64,000 bases of DNA, taken from Pelomyxa schiedti (taxonomy: Eukaryota; Protista; Evosea). Below are positions 49,235-59,642 of this stretch, piece by piece. Numbering within the stretch: the first letter of the stretch is position 1; each line of letters starts with the position of its first letter. The notes below the pieces were generated by a model, which did no database searches, was not told where the DNA came from, and saw nothing but the letters and a program-made list of their open reading frames with translations. The DNA is taken from the NCBI GenBank assembly GCA_020536535.1, contig JAHLWZ010000530.1, forward strand, positions 158,384 through 222,383, written 5' to 3'. Both the position numbers and the translations under genes were made by a program.

Positions 49235-51902
49235 ATGGCAACAACAACAAAGCCACAGATCGGACCCTATGAGTGGTTCGAGGCCGCGTCTGATGGCAAC
49301 ATCGACGCGCTGCAGCGCAAGCTGGGCAGCTACATAGATATACTAAACTCTATAAACCACGAAGAACAGCGAGTGGTGCGTGTGATGCGGAGCTTGCCTT
49401 TTTTTTTTTTTTTTTTGTTTCCCCTACCACGGTGACAGCAATTCGTTTCTCACACACACAAAATAGACAGCGTTGCACGCGGCCACGTGGTCAGGGCAAG
49501 CACGGTGCGTTGAGTTCCTGTTGTCATTGCATGCCGATGCCAATTGTCAGGTATTCCCTTAATTTTGATGTCTTCTCCGCACTCACCAACTTGTAACCCT
49601 CTCTACTTCACAGATTGTGCGTTATACTATCCAGATTATATTTACATTACCCTTTCCTCTAAAAACCTAAATCCTGAAATACTTCTCCACCAGGGTGTGC
49701 CTGTATGTACTGCCACTGCTCTCCATCCTTTTTATTGTGTTGTTATTCATCAATTTCGCTGACTTGCTTCAATTTCTCCTCTTTGCTTTGCTCTCTGTGA
49801 TAAACTCAGGGAGTGCGTAACTTCTCCCACCCCTTTTTATTGTGTTATTCATCAATTTTCTCTCCTCTCTGCTTTTTGCTCTGTCCGGCATGTTCAGTAT
49901 GTGTGTAACTTTGCTCCCAACCCTTTTTATTGCGTTATGCATCAATTTCACTGACTTCCTTCAATTTTCTCTCCTCTTTCCTTTTTCTCTGTCCGGCGTG
50001 TTTAGTATGTGCGTAACTTGCTCCCAACGGTTTTATTGTGTGATTCATCAACTTTTCTCTCCTCTTTGCTTTCAGGGAGTGCGTAACATCCCAACCCTTT
50101 TTATTGCGTTATTCATCAACTGATTTTCTCTCCTCTTTACTTTTGCTCTGTCTGGCGTGTTTAGAATGTGTGTACCTTTCTCCCACCCCTTTTATTGCGT
50201 TATTCATCATATTTCACTTCAATTTCTTGTGATACTTTACCTAATTTTTCTCACCCATTATTGGACAATAATTGGATACTTTTATTGCCATCAGGGAGTA
50301 AGTAAAAACCCTCCCTTCCAGCTTCTTGTTCTAACTTTTCGGGATGTTTTACTATTTTGAACTACCAGATTGTATGAACTCTCACCTTGATTCTTTCTTT
50401 CCTTAACTCTTTATTTTTAGGAAGTATGAGCTTTTTCTTTTTGTTGTCTTCCTCTATCTTATCTTTTCGTGGGGGTGTCTCTTTCAAATGAAAGGGTGAT
50501 GTACGTGACTGCCCTTTGTTTTATTTCCTTTAATTTTCATCTTCTCTTTCTCAGACCGCGCTTCACATTGCCTGCAGAAATGGAAATGTTGAAATTGTGA
50601 AACAACTTGTGGGTGCTGGGACTCACATCAAGGTTTGTTTTCCCCTGTGTTGATTGATATGCTTGTAATTTTCCCGTTGTTGCACAGAACAAGGAGGGAA
50701 AAACCGCTATCGAGTACTGCAAGAATGATGAAGTACGGCAACTGTTCCAATCTGCGAGTGTCACAGTCCCTGCTTCCACAGCAACAGAAACAACAACAAC
50801 AACAGATCAACAACCACCCATCACCATTACCACCCTTGAACAACTCCACAATCTCGTCGCTCATGATTTATTGTCTTCATTCTCACTGCCTCCATCATCC
50901 ACAGCACAATTGGAGACACCTTCCACAGTTCTGTCCAAAGCCACTGAAGATGGCATCAACAACCTTGGGAAACAAGGCCCAACCATGGAGGCATCGGTTC
51001 TGATGCTGGTCAGTGACCAGTTGTCACAAACCCTGTCAGCTCTCCTTGACCAGCAGAAAGTGCACCAAGCCAATGCCGAAAAGGTTGCCGTGCAAGTTGA
51101 AGCCACAGAGAAGCAAATGGCACCGGCACAGGAACTGGTTCAAGAACTGGAGTGCAAGCTCGTGCAAGCAAGGCAACTTCTTGGCGAAACAACACAGGCC
51201 AACACGCTGGCAAAGAAGCAACTTGATGACTCCAGAAACCTCGCAGCCACCATCAGCCGGAACATCTCCATGGTGCAGGAAAAGCAGCAGGCGCTCGAGT
51301 GCAAATTGGCCTCTGTTCGCCAGGTTCTGACCTCTCTGAGCCAGAAAGCAAGCACGCGAAACTTGCTGCAGTTTAACGTTGAGGACATCGGGTGCTTGCT
51401 CCGTGACCTGGGCCTTCAGAATCACGCTGAAAGGTTCTGTACGAACGCAGTTGATGGTGAGGTCTTGCTGGAACTGAACACAGCGGGACTTGAGGAGCTT
51501 GGGGTGACTGAGAGAGCAGAGCAGGAACTTCTTTTCCACACAAGGGAAATGATCAAGAAATGCGGCGCAATTCGCACGCCATCCAAGCCCGCTGCATCGT
51601 GGGACGTGAACGAGGTTGCGAGCTGGTTGGAATCACAAGGGATACCTCCCGAATCCGTCACGTGGTTCCGCGAGAAGGGAATAACAGGAATCTCGTTGCT
51701 TTCCATGGAGGCACAAGAAATAAGCAGTGTTCCGGGTCTCCCATTTGGACTCCGGCACAAGCTCCTCAAGCGAATTGAAGAGCTCAAGGCTTCATCCTCT
51801 GGTTTCTTCCACCGCTCATGATGATATAATACATATATAACCATTTTTCACTGATCCAACAATCAAGGACCCAGTCAAACAGCAGTGAGCAACGTTCCAT
51901 AA
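49235..51902 (+). CDS. U3: ankyrin (with micro-exon array)-coiled coil-SAM-SAM protein without a U-box
   Basis: MATTTKPQIGPYEWFEAASDG, TALHAATWSGQARCVEFLL and TALHIACRNGN. The coiled coil and SAM domains are near-identical to U1. The last exon is GPSQTAVSNVP*. Confidence 0.82.
49551..50554 (+). other. Micro-exon array D (11 candidates, 9 single-codon)
   Basis: 49614 ATT, 49694 GGTGTGCCT, 49810 GGA, 49898 TAT, 50006 TAT, 50076 GGA, 50165 AAT, 50295 GGA, 50369 ATT, 50421 GAA and 50495 GGTGAT. Confidence 0.85.
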
Positions 51903-52070
51903 CCTCCACCTTCAACACATAATCACGCACCAAAAAACAAACCCAGAAGGACTCCTTCAACAAAAACATTATTCTGTTCCTCCACCACATGAAACGTAAT
52001 GCTAAGATAAAACCCAATGGGAACCTCTTCAACAAAACAAACTTTTTTTTCTTTATTACACAGTCAGGTG

Positions 52071-53019
52071 TTAAAGCAACACACAACATGAAAAGAGGCC
52101 GCCTGAATGACGGGATGACTTTGTTGCGGAAATAAGGCCTTTGGAGGGATCAATGTCAACTGTTGTGTTCTTCACAAACCACGCGAGTTGCTTGCCATCA
52201 AGGTATGATGTGTATGGATCCCTTTTTATCAAAAAGTTAGTTAGTTAGTTAGGAAACAAAAACGGAATATAGAGTAAAGAACGTCAGGGCACGAACTTGA
52301 TGCCCTGTTCTTGTGCAACTGCATCCGCGGCGAGACCGTGGTGATCCCTGAGAGAAATATCCGCACCTCGCGAAACAAGGAACTTCACAATTTCCTGTTT
52401 GGGGTTGAGTTGCGGGATTTTAATATAAGAAGCACACACAATTCGCTTTGGAAGAAGCTGAGTCATTTGCTCTGAAGTCCCGGAACTGATACAGCACGCG
52501 TAGTGCAGCGCGGTTTTGCTGTTGACGTCCTGTTAAACCGTCATTCATTGGCGCGATGTTGATGTAAGAAAGCGGCATACACGCTCATCAAGGTTGGCAC
52601 CATACTCCACAAGAGTCTTCACAATATCCACATGACCAAGCTGTGCTTTTTTGTGTCTTGTTAGAGCACGTGAGAGGCAATTGTGGGGGAGTGTTTAACA
52701 TGGTATAAGCAGTCAATTTACTAAAACCAATATGTCGATAACGAACGGGAATAAAAATGAAATTGTGGGATGGGATGAAGCGGGCGGCGCACACCGGCCC
52801 TCATCAAAGGTGTTATGTGAGCCACGTCCTGCGCATTTGGGTTCGCGTTGTTGGGCGGCTTGGCCGACAACAGCCGCTTCACGTCCTTCAGGCTCCCCCT
52901 CAGTACCGCATCAGTCAGTGCTCTATCTGTGCGGATGAATTATGGGCACGTGACCCACAATACGTTCCCAACGCCGCGTCTAACGCTTACGTAGGTACAT
53001 ACGCACCGACGTCGTTCAT
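52071..53019 (-). CDS. Small ankyrin-repeat protein with a C-terminal CaaX box (CCVLL)
   Basis: Hand-spliced: MNDVDRALTDAVLRGSLKDVKRLL...ITPLMRA...GHVDIVKTLVEYGANLD...KTALHYAC...EIVKFLVSRGADISLRD...GGLFSCCVLL*. Confidence 0.75.
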
Positions 53020-53408
53020 TGTATCAACACCGTGGTCTGTTGTGATCACAACGCTCTGGCCCTTTGTTTAATTAATAATAATCAAAGGGTTGGTTTCTGC
53101 TAATGGGACGTGAAAGGCTCGAAAAGAAAAAGAATGTCCTCTCACTATAGTCAGGAACGACCATCGATGACGTCTTCCTGAAGTACTGGGGAGGATCTAC
53201 TGTTGGGGCACATCTGAGACTCGGTTGCCAAATTTATTCCCGCACAGGGTCCAGCATGCACCTCAGAGAATTCATCACGCGACTCAATTCCGTAGTATTC
53301 CTCTGCCCCAATTCCCACTCCACCATTGTGGGCCGGGCAAAAATGTTGTGTTCACAAAAAAAACAAAAAGAAATCCCTGTTAAGCCAGTGTTGTAAACAT
53401 AAATGACA

Positions 53409-56400
53409 TCACAGACGAGGAGGGAGAGCAGGGGGAGCGCCAGGAGGCGGGGGAGGCGGAGGCGGCCCTATCTGCGAAGGCAGCTCATCCGGCGGCGTGA
53501 GCGACAGAGGCGGCGGCGGGGAGCTAGCCGGCGATGATATCAGAATCGAGGCAGTCCCAGTCCAGCCGCCCCCATACGAGGGCAGCAGGTGCGGCGGCGG
53601 GAGGGGGCTGCACGCGGAAGCTGCGGAGGAATTGTCCCGGTCCCTGTCCCCGCCGCGGGGGGGCAGCGAGGGGGGCGTGCCGGTGGGCAGCGGGAGGATG
53701 GGGACTTGGTAGTCGGTGTCCCGCGGGGGCAGGGAGGGGAGGTAGGCGGGGGACAGCGGGGGGCTTGCGCGGGCGGGCGGGGTGGTGGAGCGGGTCAGGG
53801 TCATGGGCACCATGGTGATTGTTGGGGGGCTGGGGGCCCGCGAGGGGGTCGTGGACGGGCTGGTGGGTGTGCTCGTTGGTGACCGCAGTGTTGCGGACTT
53901 GGCCTTGCTGCCTTCGATTACTGCTTCTTCATCTGTTGGGATTGGTCAGGGATAGGGATTGGAATTCAATTATACCGGGAACGCTGAGTCTGGCAACAGC
54001 TTTCTTGTTGATGATACTTTGGGGTACCTAGTATTGTATTAGTGTGGGAAATGCAAGTGCTTTTTTTATTTTGGGGTGTATTTTTAACGTACTTCTACAA
54101 GCGGAGTCATGGAGCTAGGGGCTTCAATATCGGGGAATGTGTCAAAGAAAACGGAGAAACGGGGGGTGTGATTGACAGAGGAGTTCGCATCCAGTTTTTT
54201 ATGGAAGTTAAACATAGATTGGCTAGTATATAGAAGTTGTTTTAATTGATGAAGTTAGAAAGACAAGAACCGCACTTGAACTGTGATTTAAGGTGCTGGG
54301 GACTATGGCTGAGGATGGAATAGCAAAGAGCCAGATCAAGAGTATTCTGTGATATGTGCTGCAGTGTATCATTCTCTTGTACGTGCATGGATAGTGCCAT
54401 CCATCCCCTTTTATGGTTCTTTAGACTCGCTTAAGAATACATAGGATCTTACGTTGGGGTAATCCCATTTCCATCAAAATCTAGTTCCGTTATAGACTGG
54501 TTTCTGCATAATGCATGCCCCAGTATTGATGCCCCTTGGTCACCAAATGAGTGTCCTGATTCCCGGAATTAAACCTCAATAGAAATATAAATTAAAATAC
54601 CCGACACATCTGCATATGTCAGAGACTTAGAAGAGGCAAAGTGCTGAAGAAGCATTGATATGTAGCGGGATAAGTCCACTCGCTTGTTTCCAAATCCAAT
54701 AGCACAAACAGTAGGATGACTTTTCAGAAAGTCTACAAATACTGTTACAAGCTCTTTCGCATCCTTGTCACTCTGTTCTGAATGAGTTGCAATGAAAAAA
54801 GAGCAACGAGATGCATACGTCTGTATTGTTCCCTATAAAGAGCGATTTCAGAGTTGTATTCTTGGCCATTGCACCCAACACATCAATTACACCTTTTCCT
54901 CGTAATCTGTTGTTTTCGATGTTCAAGTGAGCAATATTGCTGAGGGTAGGGCAGGCACGGGAGAGTGCAATGGACCCTTCAAAGGAAAGACTTGAAAATA
55001 TTAGAAAGTAAAATGGAAACAGAGATTACTTGTTTGAAGAAATGTCCACTGACACATCACTTAGAGAATGGTTGTTGAGTATTGGATAGAAGAGAGAAAG
55101 TTCTAAGCAATCAATGCTGAACTGGCAGTCTTGCAGCGTGACTTGGCGGATAAGACGGCAAGATTCCAGGAATTGTTTCAGAAGCTACTTTAATAACTTG
55201 AAGTTATGCACTTTGGCTTCTTTTCAAAGTATAAGCAAACCACAGAAGTCGGTTCTTTGATGTCCCTTGCTGCCTCTATACGTGCTCCAGATAGATCCAC
55301 TTGGACAAGACGAGATAATGCTATAAGCCCTGGAGCAGCTGTCATCAAGGACAGTGAAGAGTGGCCAAGCATTAAGCTGCGCAGGTGGGAGTGCTCACCT
55401 GCCTAAGGAAGTATTTAACATTGCCATTACAGGATCAGCCATACCGTTGTTGCCCAAGAACTGAAAGCCAAAGACCCTTGCTCTTCAAACTTATTTCCAC
55501 ATAAATTTAGATGAGAAAGGGACAAGGACATTGGCCAGTTCCGTTCAAAAGCATTGAAAAGAAGGGCAATGTGTTTTCCTGATAGATCACATCTAGAAAG
55601 GTCTGATAAAGCTGTTAGACTGTAATTCAGACTAGGGGTTAAAACCTAATGAAATGAAGCCGTGCTGTAACCTCTCCAATCCACAACAAAATGTTGACCA
55701 AGCATTAAGTCCTCCTTCAAAGTGTACTCCTGAGAGAGTGAGGACCTCCATTGTTTAGATTTATGCTGGAGAATTGAGGGATACCTGGATCGAGGACGAA
55801 ATTAAGCCAACCCCAAGACTGATAATTGATTGATCCACGCTGGCCTGATCGAAGTAAGTACGAAGAAAAGGTGACAATAGAGCGTACCTGAGAATACTTT
55901 AAGGACAGCTTTGTGATGGTAGAATTTCGTGGTAAAAGACTGCCAACAGAGTTTAGCAGTCCTTTGTGAAGCACTTCGTCTAGCTGCATGTTATTGAAAT
56001 GTGTGTCTCGTTCGAAGCTTTGAAGTATATGCGACCCATCAAATCTTTTCGCGAATGGTTGGTACAGTGCATCCAAATTCAGGCTTACGCAAGTTTGGAA
56101 TCTCTGTCTGCCCCCGGGCATCCAAATAAGTCAAATACATGCACTCGTGACGAATAAAGTCGTTGGACATAGGCTATAAACTCTTCAGAAATAGGAATTT
56201 GTTTATAGTTGCAATTTGCTATATGCCGCAAAGTGATTATCTCAGCGGGATTTAGACCTGAGATTATGTTATTCAAAGTTGTATTTCCAACGGCAAACCA
56301 AATGGTGTGGTCGGTGCAGCAACCCTGGAAGGGAATTAGAATTAAGCATAAGGGAAGACACCACACACCCGGGCTTCATCTTGACGTTTAAGTAGTCATT

Positions 56401-57179
56401 TTCCGGACAGTTGCCGTTGATGTCTCTCAGAGATGTTCGCAACAAGGCGACCACTTTCCTGTTGGTTATGGGTTATACTGTGTGAATTAGGCGTTAGTAG
56501 TGGTCTCAAACCAAATTTGGGTTGTCTGGATACATATGTATGACACACGAGAATCTGTACTCGAACGTCGAATTCCAAACTCCACTGTATCACCAATGAT
56601 ATCTTCCAAGTCTTGCATGGATACAATATCAAATACATGTATACACCTTACCTTTGGAGGGGAGATAAAGGAAAAAAATTGTTACACAAAACACTCCCCA
56701 AACATTTCCTATCTACACAAAACCACTGAACGCGTACTACTATTCAATAGTAATGAGCATTATAATAAAAAACTAAATAATGCCCAGCTCTGCCCCAAAA
56801 ATAACAACCCCAGTAAACACATTTATAAAAAAGGAATTAGATTTGAATTGGGATTAGGATTTTAGGATCTAGGAGCTTAATCCGAGGGGGGAAACAGACA
56901 CAGGCACAGGCACAGAGGCCCATAATAACACACGGGGGACTTGTTTGAGTTGAGCTTGAACAGCAGCATCCTGAATGAGCTGACGAGGACCCAGCCGCAC
57001 CTCATGTTGAGCGTCTTGGCGGACACGCCCTTGCGCCTGGCGCTCGCCGTGACGCTCGACAGGTACGACGCCGCGTTGGGCGCGTACGTGCACCAGCACT
57101 CGCTGCACAGCCGCACCCCAGCCTCCTGCTCCCCTACGGGGTCGTACCCGACGAGCCCATAATCCGCCGCCGTGGCCAT
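53409..57179 (-). CDS. CARMIL/LRRC16-like protein (PH-like N-terminus, RI-type LRRs, Pro-rich tail; multi-exon)
   Basis: N-terminal VLVSSFRMLLFK, linker IANCNYKQIPISEEFIAYVQRLY, many LRR exons (NSTITKLSL, LVQVDLSG, NHSLSDVSVDISSN, NQSITELDFDGN) and a PPxLPPR tail. Confidence 0.65.
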
Positions 57180-57472
57180 GTGTGGCTGTGTGGGTGTAGT
57201 GCCACGATATGGCCAACTACAAGCTGATTGAAGTGTAGTGATGAAGATGAGGAGGTTTTGGCGTGGGGAAAGGGCAACGGAAAAAGGGTTCCGATTGTGA
57301 TGCCGACTTCTGAGAATGGAACTTGACTCTGTGACTGATGAATGGAATTGGAAGTGGCGCTCATCTGCCTACGCTCGAAAATCCAGCCCCTGTCTGGCCT
57401 CAGACTCACAATTTGGCCGAATTGCTTAATAAATGAACCGAGTTGATTTCGCGAAAAAAAAGATCCACGAAG

Positions 57473-59598
57473 ATGGCAACAACGTCTGCAAGCAGCGCAC
57501 GTGGGAGCGGCGGGGGCGGAGGGGGCCGTGTGCTGAGCGGCGGAGGCAGCGCAGCGAGCAGCGGGGGCAACGACCGCGTCCCCAGCGGCGGCCCCGCCTC
57601 GGGCGCCAGCAGCCGCGTCGCCTCCGCGACCTCCTCCACCTCCAGCGGCGGAGGCAAGCCCGACGCCTCCTCTGCTCCCGCCAGCGGCGCGGCCCACCGC
57701 CACAGCAACGGCGGCGGCGGAGGCGGCGGCACGCACCACCACCACGGAGGCAGCCGCTCCAACAGCGCCAAGTCCCCCGGCTCCGGCGACCCCGCCCGGT
57801 CCGCCTCGATTCCCAACGACGACGTGGAGATCTCGGCGCCGCCGATCAGGGCATCGAGCGGCCGCGCCGCGCCTACCACCACCACCACGACCACGACCAC
57901 CACCACAACCCAAAGTATGGGTAGTGCCAGCACAAATACGGGCAGGGTCGACCAGCAGCACGGGATTATGGGCGGCGTTTCCCCGCCACACTCTCGGTCC
58001 AACAGCGCCAAGTCGACTCAGGGGGGACCCTCAGGAGGCAAACTGGTCGTCAGGGAGCCCAGCCACAGCGCCCACAGCAAGATGGTCACGAACAACAACA
58101 ACGCCAACGCCAATCAGCCCGGAGGCGGCGGAGCCGTTTCGCCGCCGCTTCAGCCCCTGGCCCCGCTGGTCGGAATCCCCGGCAGCTTGCACCATGGTGG
58201 GGGCGGGGTCAAGAGCCCGACTCCGACGCTCAACACTGTGTATACCGGAGCCAGCGCGAGGACAAGCGGCGGCGGCGGCGGGAGCTCGAGCTCCCCGATT
58301 ATGGGAGCGGCAGTTGCTAGTGGTGGTGGTGGTGGGGCAGGTGGAAAGGTATATTCATTTCAGGATGATGTAGATAATGGAACTGGAATAGGAATGGGAA
58401 TGGGAATAGGGGCTGGGATTGGAAATGTAAATGGGATGGGGATGGAACCTAGTGGGGGTGGTGGTGGGAGAGTCATGTCGGGGAAAAGTGGCTTGCCTGC
58501 TGTGGAACCGAAGAGAGGTGCTAGTCCTCCTGTGATCACAAAGGAGGAGAACATTGGGATGCGTTACGGGTCCCCGGATGACGACCAGTCTGACGGTGAC
58601 GAGGCCGGCGAGGATAATTCGCCTGCAAAAGCTCCTCCATTACTTGCCATGAAGGGCACCAAGCCGGCAGTACAACCCAAACCCGCAGCGGAAGCCAGAG
58701 TGACCACAAATGCACCAAAAAACAACGAGAACACCAAGAAGGCTGCGGTATCACTTGTCAGAGCAACAGGTATAAGTGACGGGCCGACAATCCTGCGCTG
58801 TAAGCTGTTGATTCTGGGAAATCCAACAGTTGGAAAGACCAGCATAGTGCAGATGTGGAACAGCAACAATATCACAACATTTCCTAAATCTTACGTTATG
58901 GTAACTTTTCCCTCAATTACTTTTTTCCCACTTGAAATTCAATATTTATAGACTACAGGTGCCGATTTATCTGTAAAAACTGTATCAATCCCGGACCCAA
59001 GCAACAGGCTTGCTTTTGAAAAATAAATTGTATTTTTCTGACTCAATCCTAGTGAAATAAATTCCTTCAAAGTAGAGCTGTTCCTGTTTGATATTGGGGC
59101 ACAGGAAGTAAACAAGCCGCTAATTTCTCGCTACGTTCGTAACTCTATTGGGGATTTCCATTTTACTAATTAATGAAACAGATGGAAGGAGCTGGGCTCA
59201 TCGCTCTTGTTTATGACTGTTCCAACAATAAATCAAAGGAAGACCTTGAAACTTGGTATACCCTTGCCAAGCGATTCTTCCCGCGAGAAAACCCTGCCGG
59301 TACATTGGCCCAATACCAAAACAAAACTTACATTGCTTAAGGAGTATTGATAGCCAACAAAAGCGATATGGCGGTCTCCCAGTCTGCCATATCACAAGAG
59401 GGTTCCGCTTTTGCCAAGACTCACAACCTCGATTTTTTCCTCACGTCAGCGGTATTCCTTCTTTTCAGTATTTCTTTTTTTTTTTTTCACACTGACTGAA
59501 TATAGAAAAACAACGAGGGACTTGAGGCACCACTAAATTGTCTGGCCAATAAATGGGTTACTATGTACCAGGAAGCACTGAGCAAATTTTCTCTCTGA
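57473..59598 (+). CDS. IFT27: IFT27/RABL4-like small GTPase with a ~430-aa low-complexity N-terminal extension
   Basis: ILRCKLLILGNPTVGKTS, FPKSYVMTTGADLSVKTVSIPD, VELFLFDIGAQE, GVLIANKSD and LTSAK, with no C-terminal prenylation motif. Confidence 0.75.
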
Positions 59599-59642
59599 GA
59601 GGTGGAATTGAGGTTTTTTAACAGCACCGGAAGACGGTACTC

